Of a stretch of DNA of 35,153 bases, positions 22,375 through 34,119 are shown piece after piece (position 1 is the first letter of the stretch; each line of letters begins with the position of its first letter). The stretch is from positions 12,910,834 through 12,945,986 of the forward strand of contig NC_057750.1 in NCBI RefSeq assembly GCF_004010195.1, in the 5' to 3' direction. The translations under genes and the position numbers were made by a program. Below the pieces are notes generated by a model. The model was not told the DNA's origin. It did no database searches and saw nothing but the letters and a program-made list of their open reading frames with translations. Source of the DNA: Chiloscyllium plagiosum. Lineage: Eukaryota.

Positions 22375-22788
22375 GATTAGATTAGATTCCCTACAGCATG
22401 GAAACAGGCCCTTCGGCCCAACAAGCCCACACCAACCCTCTGAAGAGCAACCCACCCAGACCCACTCCCCTACATTTACCCCTGACTAGGTGCAGGGGTA
22501 AATGTAGGGGAATGGGTCTGGGTGGGTATGTTTCAGCGGGTCGGTGTGGACTTGTTGGGCCGAAGGGCCTGTTTCCACATTGTAAGTAATCTAATGCACC
22601 TATCGCTATGGGCAATTTAGCATGGCCAATTCACCTAACCTGACATTTTTTGACTGTGGGAGGAAATCCACGCAGACACGGGGAGAACGTGCAAACTCCA
22701 CACAGACAGTCGCCCGAAGTGGGAATTGAACCAAGGACCCTGGTGCTGTGGGGCAGCAGTGTTAACCACTGAGCCATCGCGCCACCCA
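22375..22788 (-). mobile_element. HE1-like SINE with an inverted duplicate of its own tail
   Basis: 22381-22484 is the imperfect reverse complement of 22493-22595; the SINE resumes at ~22591. Confidence 0.88.
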
Positions 22789-23299
22789 TTAGACTGGAGT
22801 ACAATTATTTTCTAATTCTTAGCTTAATGAGGCAGCGCATTAAAGAGATTTGGAAAATCAAAGCAGAAAGAAACAATAACTCATTTGAAGCTCAAATTGG
22901 CGAAACTCAGTCTGGAGTGAGAACGAATAGTGAATCCAATGTTCAAAAAAAGAAGCTAGATCATTGACATCTCCTTCATATAACTAGGAAAATGTTTTTA
23001 GGACTAATCAAGAAAAGAAATCCTCAGAAGTTAACGGTCATTATCCGAAGGTGACAGTACCATAAGTGGTGGATGTGCTGGTTAGTTTTCTAAAGTTTCT
23101 GGTATTCTGGTGTGGTTGCAGCAGCAAATGTAACATCCTTATTCAGGAAAGGAGGAAGCCAGACAACAGATGGAGTGACTGGGACAGATTGTGAGGATGT
23201 CCACAGTGAGAGACAAAGGGAGTCCGAATGGTGCTTAAAAGGAGAGATTGAGATGCAAAATGGGTGCAAATGAAGGTGTGAAAGGAGGAAGAGGAGGCC

Positions 23300-23680
23300 A
23301 TGACCTCGCGGTATTATCACTGGACTGTTAATACAGAGACAGGATTAGAGTGGTGCTGGAAAAGCACAGCAGGTCAGGCAGCATCTGAGGAGCAGGAAAA
23401 TTGACGTTTCGGGCAAAAGCCCCACAAAGATCCAAATAATGTTCTGGGCACCCGGGCTCAAATCCAACTTTAAAAAATCTGGAATTAAGGGTCTAATGAT
23501 AATCGTGAATCCGTTGTCGATTGTTGGAAAAATCCATCTGGTTCACGAATATTCTTACCTGGTCTGGCCTACTTGTGACTCCAGACCCAGAGTGACCTGG
23601 TTGATTCTTGGGCAATTAAGGATGGTCAATAAATGTTGGCCTCGCCAGCGATGCCCTCATCCCGTGAATGAAAAAGAATG
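23300..23680 (+). mobile_element. Second-family tRNA-derived SINE with a Penelope mini-insertion (23341-23422, minus strand)
   Basis: The head gtattatcactggactgttaat is interrupted by gattagagtggtgctggaaaag...gacgtttcgggcaaaagccc; tail gggcaattaaggatggtcaataaatgttggcc. Confidence 0.75.
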
Positions 23681-24276
23681 AAAGTGGGTTTGCCGTCAAA
23701 GTTAAGAAGACACTGTTGGGAGAAGGTGGTGGGGGTGGAGGGCGAGGTAGGATGTCATCAAAATGGAGGACAGAGATCACACTCGGAAGTTATGGAACTC
23801 ACTATTGGGCTCTAGAGGCTATAAAGTGTTACTCCCCTGTCCTGCATTGAGATTCATAGCTACACTTGAACTGAATGACCTGCTGAAAGGGCAAAGACAC
23901 ATTATTGTAGGCCCAACCATAGAAGAATAGAGGATTCTCATCCAAAGAGGAAACCAGGTAGAACAATTACTTCAATCGATGATATTTGACACATCACTGA
24001 TGAGCAGCTTCATTGCTCCCAATTTATTAAGCGAATTTAAATCCATGGAGGGACTTCATCTCTAGCCCATAAGGCCCCGGGTCGCTAATTCAGTGACATT
24101 GTCATTACACCACTAGCTCACTGTGTTGTAAACCATGCCAAGCTCCGAAAGGGTTAAGACTGAGGAATCTGATGGGAGAACAACTCTGGATCTCAAAGAG
24201 AGACAGACTTACCATCCAGGCTCCTTCACCGATACAGTTGATCAATCTGTTCAGTGATATTATTGACACAACATAG

Positions 24277-24632
24277 CAGTTTGTAAAATAATGAGGGGCA
24301 TAGATAGGGTTAATGGTAAGTGTCTTGTCCCTAGGATGGGGGATTTCAAGACATGGGGCACATTTTAAACGTGAGAGGAGAAAGGTTTAAAAAAGACATG
24401 TGGGGCAATTTTTTTTTACACAGAGTTCGCGTGTGAAATTAACTTCCTGAAGAAGTGGTGGATGTGGGCACAGTTACAACTTTTAAAAGACACTTGGATA
24501 AGTAGATGAATAGAAAAGGTTTGGAAGGATATGGGCCAAATTCAGGCAGGCGGGACTAGTTTAGCTTGGGATTATGGTCAGCACGGATTGGTTGGACTGA
24601 AGGGTCTGTTTCTGTGCTGTATGACTCTATGA
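24277..24632 (+). mobile_element. HER1/CR1 LINE 3' end
   Basis: KIMRGIDRVN...LPEEVV...FKRHLD, tail tatgactctatgac. Confidence 0.85.
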
Positions 24633-25924
24633 CCTCTGGTGGAGGTGAGACTTGAATCCAGGACACTGCCACTGCGTCACAAGAACTCTGCTATAGATCC
24701 CATTCATCGACTTCATAACAACGTCTAACTCACAAATGTAACCTCAACCTAATTGCTATCATGCAATAAAGTATATCTTGTTAAAGATAGGAACCTCTCC
24801 TCATTAGATCAATGAATGGGTTTCCTGTAAACACCAGATCATTTAAGATTCCAACCTTGTTCGAGAATGACAGCAGAAAATTTGCTTGATGTATCTTTTA
24901 TCTAGGTGACTTTGGCGAGAATCCACCATACAACATGGTGAAAAGCGGGTGTGGATTTGACTTTACTCATCATACAATATCCCTCAAACCTGTACACAGG
25001 TTACCCTATCTTAAACACCTCCTGGAAGCTCTTGATGTGAGTTAATTGCTTGCGCTGTTTTGCCGCAGACTGTTTCGGGCCTGTGCGCCTCACACAGCCA
25101 GCTGAGGTGGGAAGGACACTTCTAGGAAACACCGTGACTAAAAAAAAAATTAAAATTAGATGGCTCAGAGCTTCAGGGAGAGAACTGGGGAGTGCGGGGG
25201 TGGGGGCAATGCTGAGGGGTTGGAGCTAACCGGTCTGGCGGAAAATCATGGCTATTGTCGGACAATGTAAGTGAGGCTCTGGGAGCGGGCCCGTGTTTTG
25301 GATCAGACTCCTCTTAGGTCCTCAAGAGGAGGAAAATTGTTTCCATTTGTCACACCTGTAACCATCTGAAAGAAGCTTGAGGAAAATTACAGAGTATTGG
25401 AAGGGCAATTATTCAGTCAAGGAGAGAAAAAGAGAGTTCACGCCTAGTTTAGTCACAATTACTAATTGAATGATCTTTTTTTTAAAAGCTGTTTGAGTTG
25501 CTGACAGCCCCTGTCTCTCCTGTCTAATGGTTCTCCTGTTTGCTTCCTGACTGAAGCCTTGAAATGGAGGGGTTTGATGGGGAAAATTGGTGGTTCATCA
25601 CCTCCTGTAGACAGCAATTATCCTTGATGGAGCAGCTCCAGTGTCTAATTAGCTGTTTCTTTCCACCCCCCTGCCAGCGCAAGCCTCTTTCGCTATGAAA
25701 ACGACAGTCCCATCTTGAAGAGTGAGTCGTGGTTTGTTGATGTGTTCTGCCGTGTTTTAATCAGGTACAGGCTTGATGCTGCACCACCTCCTCTTCATTA
25801 TTTTGTAATACTTGTTCTCATTGATAACTCTCCCCGTAGCTTTCAACATTCTTTCCCTCCCCCCGACCCCCCCCCCCCCCCCCACTCTGTCCCTGCACTC
25901 TCCCCAAGTGCACTGTGCATTAGC

Positions 25925-27310
25925 ACAGACAACATAGCGCAGAAACAGGCCCTTCGGCCCACCATGTTGTGCCGAACATGATGCTAAATTAAACTAATCC
26001 CTTCTGCCTGCCCTTGCTCCATCTCCCTCCGTCCCTTGTGTATTCACCTGTTTATCTAAAAACCCCTTAAATGCCCCTATCTTATCTACCTCCACCACCA
26101 CCCTGACAGTGCGTTCCACACTGCTACCACTCTGTATAAAAAAAACTTGCCCCTCACCTCTCCATTGAACTTTCCTCCTTTCAACTTAAATGCATGACCC
26201 TAGTTTCAACTCTGGGAAAAAGATCGTGACAGTCAAGATCAGAGTGGTGCTGGAAAAGCACAACAGGTCAGGCAGCATCCGAGGAGCAGGAAAATCGATG
26301 TTTCGGGCAAAAGCCCTTAACTCTAATCTCCAGGATCTGCAGTACCCACTTTTGCCTTCTGACTGTCAACCTTATCTGTGCATCTCATAATTGTATAGAC
26401 TTCTATGAAGTCTCCCCTCAGCCTCCGTCGCTCCAGAGAAAACAACCCGAATTTTCCTAGCCTCTTATAGCTCATACCCTCTAATCCAGGCAGCATCCTG
26501 GTCAACTGCTTCTGCACCCTCTCCAAAGCCCCCTTACCCTTCCTGTAATGTGGTGACCAGAACTGAATGTAATAATCAAGGTGTGACCTAATCAAAGTCT
26601 TATAAAGCTACAACATGACATCCTGACTCTCGTACTCAATTCTCCAAACAAGTATGCCATACTTTCTTTACCACCCTATCAACTTGTGTGGCCACTTTCA
26701 GGGAGCTATGGACTTGAACCCCATGATCCCTCTGGTGGGTCCCACCACTAACTCTATACTTTAACATTTGATCTCCCAAACTGCAGCACCTCACACTTAC
26801 CCTTCTATCATTTCTCTGTCCATATCTGCAACTGCTCTCTATCCTTTGATAACCTTCTATACTATCCATGATTCCACCAACATTTGTGCTGTCTGCAAAC
26901 TGACTAATCCACCCACCTACATTTTCATCCAAGTCATACATGCGTTATCACAAACAGCAGAGGTCCCAGTGTGGATCCCTGTGGAACACGACTACTCACA
27001 GACCTCCAGTCAGAAAACCACCCTTCCACCACTATCTTCTGTCTTCAATGACCGAGCTAATTCTGAATCCACTCGGCCAAGTTCCGTGTGGATCCCATGC
27101 ATCTTGATCTTCTGGATGAGGGATATTTTTGGAAGCGTTACTAAATTCCATACAGACAACATTCACTGCTCTACTCTCATTCATCAGCTTCATCACTCCT
27201 TGAAAAATTCAATCAAATCAGTAAGACATGTCCTGCCCTACACAAAGTCCTCACTTCCTCCCTGCACAAAGCCACGCTGACTGTCCCTAATTAAGTCATG
27301 CTTTTCCAAA
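25925..27310 (-). mobile_element. CR1 LINE ~1.4 kb 3' fragment (RT plus C-terminus)
   Basis: DLDENVGGWISQFADST; IRSHLDYYIQFWSPHY...LERVQ...LFSLERRRLRGD. Confidence 0.92.
26237..26356 (-). mobile_element. Penelope terminal mini-element with inverted end, inside CR1
   Basis: 26237-26318 is in minus orientation; 26320-26356 is the element's extreme end inverted; TSD-like tgac(a/t)gtcaa (26227-26236 / 26360-26369). Confidence 0.75.
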
Positions 27311-27534
27311 TCCAACATTTCAACGAGCATGTTTTGAATGCTTGGGTCAACTTGGATTTGATTTATTATTAGTTACATGTACAGTACAATGAAACTGTGG
27401 GAAGCATTGTTTTTGTGTGCTACACAGACAAATCATACATCATCCTACCCTACACCCCTCTGTCACAACCCCTCTTAATACTGACCTCTCTATCTGAGCT
27501 TCTAGCCTTTCATTCCCATATCACCCACTTTCAG

Positions 27535-28380
27535 TCATATGTCATTGAGTCATACAGCACGGAAACAGACCTTTCAGCCTGACTCGTCCATGCTGACCAG
27601 GTTTCCAAAACTGAGCTAGGCCCATTTGCTTACTTTTGGCCTATAACCCTCTAAACCCTTCCTATCCAGGTATCTATCCAAACATCTTTTATCCGGCCTC
27701 TATCACTCCTTCTGGCAGCTCTTTCCATACACATACCACCCTCTGTGTGAAAAGGTTACTCCTCAGGTCCCTTTTAAATCTTTGCCCTCTCACCTTAAAC
27801 CTATGTCCTCTAGTTTTGAACTCCCTTACCTAGGGAAAAAGACCTTTGCTATTCACCTTACCTATGCCCCTCTTGAATTTTTTAAAATCTCTCTGACACT
27901 CCTGGAAAAAAAATTCCCAGCCTAGGGGCAGCACGGTGACACAGTGGTTAGCACTGCTGCCTCACAGCACCAGGGTCCCAGGTTCAATTCCACCCTCGGG
28001 TGACACTGTGTGTGTGGAGTTTGCACATTCTCCCCGTGTCTGCGAGGGTTTACTCCGGTTTCCTCCCACAATCTAAAGATGTGCAGATCAGGTGAATTGG
28101 CCATGCTAAATTGCCCATTGTTTTAGGTGCATTAGTCAGAGGGAAATGGGTCTGGGTGGGTTACTGTTCGGTGTGGACTGGTTGGGCCAAAGGGCCTGTT
28201 CCCACACTGTAGGGAATCTAATCTATCCAGCATCTCCTTATAACTCAAACCCTCTCGCCTCGGTAACAACTTGGTAAACCTTCTTTGCACCCTTCCCAGT
28301 TTAATAACATCCTTCCTGTACCAGGGCGACCAGAATTGTACGCAGTATTCCAAATGTGGCCTTACCAATGTATTGTACCC
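27535..28380 (-). mobile_element. HER1/CR1 LINE 3' fragment with nested HE1-like SINE (27925-28224, + strand)
   Basis: TLVRPHLEYCVQFWSPW...RVQRRFTK; the SINE head ggggcagcacggtgacacagtggttagc starts at ~27925. Confidence 0.9.
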
Positions 28381-28394
28381 ATGTCCTTCCATTT

Positions 28395-28760
28395 CAGACA
28401 GGTGGCAATCTAATGGCTCCCTCTATCCAGAGGTAGTGAGAGTATTGTACCCTGGGTGGGGTGTCAGCAACTAGGGCACACAGTCTCAGGATCCAAGGTA
28501 GGTCATTTGGGACAGAGATAAGGAAATATCGCAACACCCAAAGGGTCATGAACCTGTGGAATTCTCGACTGCAGAAGGTTGTGGAGGTCAAGTCACTGAA
28601 TACAGTCAAGAAAGAAGTTGATACCTTCTTAAACTCTGAAGGCATTGAGAGAAAGTGAGAAAATGAGATTGAGGACTAGCCATGATCATACTGAATGGAG
28701 AGCATGCTCAAAAGACCGAATGGCCTACTGATCTCCTGAACTCTAGGCCTCTCCTCTACT
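28395..28760 (+). mobile_element. CR1 LINE 3' end
   Basis: TRAHSLRI...TQRVMNLWNS...VVE..SLN..KKE.D.FL plus 3' UTR. Confidence 0.82.
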
Positions 28761-28793
28761 CTCTGGTCATGCACCTGGCGATGCATTGGTGCC

Positions 28794-28915
28794 AGTGAGG
28801 GCTGCAGATGCTGGAGATCAGAGTGAGAGTGCGGTGCTGGAAAAGCACAGCCGGTCAGGCAGCATCTGAGGAGCAGGAGAATCGACGTTGCGGGCCGGAG
28901 CCCTTCTTCAGGAAT
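28794..28915 (-). mobile_element. Penelope-derived 122-bp mini-element with near-complete minimal hammerhead
   Basis: 10-bp TSD cattggtgcc (28784-28793 / 28916-28925); minus strand attc-CTGAAGA-a-GGGC-tccg-GCCC-GCAA-C-GTC-gatt. Confidence 0.88.
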
Positions 28916-29619
28916 CATTGGTGCCTCAAAGTTGCTACACCCACATCATCAGCAGTTTGAAGGCTGGGCACTATCCACAGGTGGAGCCATCCATGGGCAC
29001 TTTTCTCTTATTCCTTTATAGCCACGGACATCGCTGACTCGGTCAGCACATGTTGCCCGTCCCTAATTGCCCCTCGAGAAGGTGGTGGTGAACTGCCTTC
29101 TTAAACCGCTGCAGTCCATGTGCTTTAGATAGACCCACAATGCCCTTGGGGTGAGGGGAGGAAGTTCCTGGTTCACTGATACCCATTAGGGAAGGGAATC
29201 TGCCATCCTTACTTATTATGGCCTACATGTGACTGCAGACCCACAGCGATGTGGCTGATTCATAACTGCCCCTGGAAATGTCCGAGTTAGCCACTCAGTT
29301 CATGGGCAGTGAGGGCTGGGCAATAAACGTTGGCATCCACATCCCACAAAAAAATTAAAAAGTATGGTTTTCAGTGGGTTCCAACCAGCCGACAACGTGG
29401 TTTACATTTTGAGTGCTTGCAATTATTAGATATTAATCTGGAGAAGGGGAATCAAGGCTGTCAGTGACCATTTTACATTCTCCCAGAGAAAGAGAGAGAT
29501 AGGCAGATGGGAGGAGACAGAGAAATACAGAGATGGGCAAGGAGTCTTTCTGCAAGGCAGCTCGAGAAGGAACAGAGAGACTGGAGAGAAAGACAGAGGC
29601 AGAGAGAAGAAGGCGAAGT

Positions 29620-29815
29620 CACCACTGTCCTCAGAGACCACAGAGGCTGCTCTCTCATTGGAGAGAAACAGTTGGTGGCGGTTTAACCTGACTGTCACCA
29701 CACCTGAGGCGAGGGGAAGAGATTCAGAAGGAGAGTCCTTCATGGTAACCTCAGCCAATGCAGGAATTGAACTCACGCTGCATTACAAACCCATTAGCCA
29801 GCCAACTGAGCTAAG
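29620..29815 (-). mobile_element. tRNA-derived SINE (third family; also at ~20095-20470)
   Basis: Minus strand head tagctcagttggctgg...gagttcaattcctgca; the body matches 20095-20190. Confidence 0.65.
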
Positions 29816-30626
29816 AGGGAGCTAATGGCCTAGCATAACCCTTCTCAATGGAGGCTGGAAAGTCCCCTTAGGGGCCCTGGAACATTTGAAAGGGGCCACA
29901 GATTGAAAGCTGTGAGAAGGGGAGCCCCAAGGGTTTATGGGAGCCCTGGTAACTGAACCGATGAAATACCCAAGCAACAACCTTCATTAGAGTCAATCGT
30001 TTTCCTCCTATTTATTTTTGTGTCTCTAGTCTAGACTGGAACTTTATGTATCGATGGGATTAGCTAAAGTAGAGCCAAAGGCAATAACTTTTACTTACAA
30101 CATGACTAACAGGTGCACTATCTTAACCAGGACCAGGACTTACCATGAGTCTGTCACAGGACACTGCACCACTCCCTGTGATGATGTAGATGCTGCCACA
30201 TGTGCATAGCGCACATTAACCCTTGATACTACATTGCTTGAGTTCTACCCTCCTGTGCACCCTGCCTCTCTGCAGCCTTTTGTTCAGTCTCTCCAGTATC
30301 TAAAATCACTCTCTCCACCTGTTTAACACCACACCCCCAACTCCTTCCCTCAATTCTCTTTCCAAACTCTGTCTCTGCACTCAAAACCCCACCCAATCTT
30401 TTATTTAATTGTGGCTTTAGAATGGTGGCTGGTCCAGTTTACCCACAGCACAATCCCAGAATCAACAATGTTCCCATGACCATAATTCAGTAATCTCGCT
30501 TGATCTGTGCTGGATTCAAGCACCCCATAATCTTCTTCGTAATATGGGATTTGCCGTATCCAGCAGCATGAGATTTCAGGCTCGTGTTTCATTTGCTGTA
30601 GATGCTGTGTTGACTTTCTTACCTCT

Positions 30627-31322
30627 TGGTTAGCAATGCTGCCTCACAGCGCCAGGGACTCGTGTTCGGATTCCCACCTCAGGGAACTGTCTGTGTGGAG
30701 TTTGCACGTTCTCCCAGTGTCTGCATGGGTTTCCTCCCACAGTCCAAAGATGTGCAGGTTAGGGTGAATTGGCCCTGTTAAAATTGCCCATAGTATTCAG
30801 GGATATGTAGGTTAGGTGTATTAGTCAGGAGGAGAAAGTGAGGTCTGCAGATGCTGGAGATCAGAGATGGAAATGTGTTGCTGGAAAAGCGCAGCAGGTC
30901 AGGCAGCATCTAGGGAACAGGAGAATCGACGTTTCGGGCATTAACCCTTCTAATGGCTGAAGAGCTTCTGTGCAGAGGAGATGACCTGGGGGGTGCAGTG
31001 AGAGAGGGACTCACTGAAACCTTTGTAGAGGGAGAACGAGAGCTTCTTCAAGGAAGGCATCCTTGTAAGAGGATTCGCAGTAGGTTGAAATCTTTGAGGA
31101 GAAAGTGAGGTCTGATGATGCTGGAGATCAGAGATGGAAATGTGTTGCTGGAAAAGCGCAGCAGGTCAGGCAGCATCTAGGGAACAGGAGAATCGACGTT
31201 TCGGGCATTAGTCAGGAGTAAATGTAAACCAGTAGGGGCATGGATCTGGGTGGGTTACTCTTCAGAGGGTCGGTGTGGACTTGTTGGGGCGAAGGGCCTG
31301 TTTCCACACTGTAGGGATTCTA
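30627..31322 (+). mobile_element. HE1-like SINE interrupted by a Penelope mini-element
   Basis: Head at 30627-30700; tail resumes at 31207. Confidence 0.85.
30832..31206 (-). mobile_element. Mini-Penelope: two direct terminal repeats around a ~145-bp spacer
   Basis: Near-identical ~110-120 bp repeats at ~30832-30950 and ~31097-31206; 12-bp TSD attagtcaggag (30820-30831 / 31207-31218). Confidence 0.88.
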
Positions 31323-31479
31323 TAACTGATGAGGTGGTATTTTTGTTTGTTCCCTGAAACAAACATTTGATTAACGTGGTGTGGAAAAGGCTGACTGGCT
31401 AAATATTTATTTGTAATTTCCTTCCCTAAAGGACATAGTGAACCAGATGGGATTTAACAACAATAGACACTGATTTCAT

Positions 31480-31930
31480 TGAGTCATAGTCATACAGCAC
31501 GGAAACGGACTGTTTGGTCAAACGAGTCCATGCCGAACATAATCCCAAACTAATCTAATCCCACCTGCCTGCGTTTGGCCCAGACCCTTCCAAACATTTC
31601 TTATTCATCTACATATCTAAACATTGTAACTATACCAGCATCCAGCCTGCCCTCTGGAAGCTAATTCCACACACGAACCACTCTCTGTGTAAAAACGTTG
31701 TCCCTCGTGTCCTTGTTAAATGTTTCTCCTACTCACCTTAAAAATAAACTTGAAATCCTCCACCCCAGGGAAAAGACACCTGCTATTCACCTTACCTATA
31801 CCATGGCTTGATTTTGTAAACCTCTGTTAAGGCTGCCCCTCAGCCTCGTATGCCCCAGTGAGAAAAGCCCAGCCGGTCGTTACAACTCAAACCCTCCAAT
31901 CCTTGCAACGTCCTGGTAGATCTCTTCTGA
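31480..31930 (-). mobile_element. HER1/CR1 LINE 3' end
   Basis: Antisense match to the 24277-24632 copy (gagtcatagtcatacagcacggaaac...). Confidence 0.82.
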
Positions 31931-32128
31931 ATATGGTCACCATTAGACTAGTTTTTAACTGTAGCTTTTAAATTATTTAAATTTTACTACTTGCTGTGGT
32001 GGGATTTGAAACTGTGTACCCAAAATGATTTTCCTGCCATTTCAGATTACCACTGTCCTGTCTGCCCCCCTTAATTTATGGCAACATCTGTCTGCCCCCA
32101 TACCCTTTTTGAGTTGCTCCATCTTTAT

Positions 32129-34100
32129 GCACCTGTACCCAGTCCCACACAGAGAGAGCGTCTGTACCCAGTCCCACACAGAGTCAGCGCCTGTACCCAG
32201 TCCCACACAGAGAGAGCGTCTGTACCCAGTCCCACACAGAGAGAGCGTCTGTACCCAGTCCCACACAGAGAGAGCGTTGTACCCAGTTCCCACACAGAGA
32301 GAGCGTCTGTACCCAGTCCCACACAGAGAGAGCGTCTGTACCCAGTCCCACACAGAGAGAGCGTCTGTACCCAGTCCCACACAGAGAGAGCGTCTGTACC
32401 CAGTCCCACACAGAGAGAGCGTCTGTACCCAGTCCCACACAGAGAGAGCGTCTGTACCCAGTCCCACACAGAGAGAGCGTCTGTACCCAGTCCCACACAG
32501 AGAGAGCGTCTGTACCCAGTCCCACACAGAGAGAGCGTCTGTACCCAGTCCCACACAGAGAGAGCGTCTGTACCCAGTCCCACACAGAGAGAGCGTCTGT
32601 ACCCAGTCCCACACAGAGAGAGCGTCTGTACCCAGTCCCACACAGAGAGAGCGTCTGTACCCAGTCCCACACAGAGAGAGCGTCTGTACCCAGTCCCACA
32701 CAGAGAGAGCGTCTGTACCCAGTCCCACACAGAGAGAGCGTCTGTACCCAGTCCCACACAGAGAGAGCGTCTGTACCCAGTCCCACACAGAGAGAGCGTC
32801 TGTACCCAGTCCCACACAGAGAGAGCGTCTGTACCCAGTCCCACACAGAGAGAGCGTCTGTACCCAGTCCCACACAGAGAGAGCGTCTGTACCCAGTCCC
32901 ACACAGAGAGAGCGTCTGTACCCAGTCCCACACAGAGAGAGCGTCTGTACCCAGTCCCACACAGAGAGAGCGTCTGTACCCAGTCCCACACAGAGAGAGC
33001 GTCTGTACCCAGTCCCACACAGAGAGAGCGTCTGTACCCAGTCCCACACAGAGAGAGCGTCTGTACCCAGTCCCACACAGAGAGAGCGTCTGTACCCAGT
33101 CCCACACAGAGAGAGCGTCTGTACCCAGTCCCACACAGAGAGAGCGTCTGTACCCAGTCCCACACAGAGAGAGCGTCTGTACCCAGTCCCACACAGAGAG
33201 AGCGTCTGTACCCAGTCCCACACAGAGAGAGCGTCTGTACCCAGTCCCACACAGAGAGAGCGTCTGTACCCAGTCCCACACAGAGAGAGCGTCTGTACCC
33301 AGTCCCACACAGAGAGAGCGTCTGTACCCAGTCCCACACAGAGAGAGCGTCTGTACCCAGTCCCACACAGAGAGAATGCCTGCACCCAGTCCCACAGAGA
33401 GGGCAGCTGTACCCAGTCCCACACAGAGTCAGCGCCTGTACCCAATCCCACACAGAGACAGTGGCTGTTCCCAGTCCCACAGAGAGAGCGCGTCTGTACC
33501 CAGTCCCACACAGAGACAGCACCTGCAACCGGTCCCACATAGAGAGAGCAGCTGTACCCGGTCCCACACAGAGTCAGCGCCTGTACCCAGTCCTACACAG
33601 AGACAGCGCCTGTACCCGGTCCCACACAGAGACAGCGCCTGTACCCGGTCCCACACAGAGACAGCGCCTGTACCCAATCCCACACAGAGTCAGCGCCTGT
33701 ACCCAGTCCCACACAGAGACAGCGCCTGTACCCAGTCCCACACTGAGAGAGCGCCTGTACCCAGTCCCACACAGAGACAGCGCCTGTACCCGGTCCCACA
33801 CAGAGTCAGCGCCTGTACCCAGTCCCACACAGAGACAGCGCCTGTACCCAGCCCCACACAGAGAGAGCGCCTGTATCCAGTCCCACACAGAGAGAGCTCC
33901 TGTACCCAGTCCCACACAGAGACAGCGCCTGTACCCAGTCCCACACAGAGACAGCGCCTGCACCCGGTCCCACACAGAGAGAGCAGCTGTACCCGGTCCC
34001 ACACAGAGACAGCGCCTGTACCCAGTCCCACACAGAGACAGCGCCTGTACCCAGTCCCACACAGCGAGAGCGCCTTTACCCAGTCCCACACAGAGAGCAC
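32129..34100. repeat. 29-bp tandem repeat array (~68 units)
   Basis: Unit ctgtacccagtcccacacagagagagcgt; essentially invariant at ~32300-33370, with variant units (gagacagcgc, gagtcagcgc, cccgg) at 33375-34100. Confidence 0.97.
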
Positions 34101-34119
34101 ATGAACCAGATCACCATTT

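Noticed and set aside
24207..30146. Minus-strand ATG|GTAAGT donor-like sites at ~24207-24215 and 30138-30146
   Set aside because: There is no convincing open exon or recognisable protein upstream, and such motifs occur by chance.
32129..34100. CRISPR array (29-bp repeat length)
   Set aside because: The units are contiguous with no unique spacers, there are no cas genes, and the context is eukaryotic.
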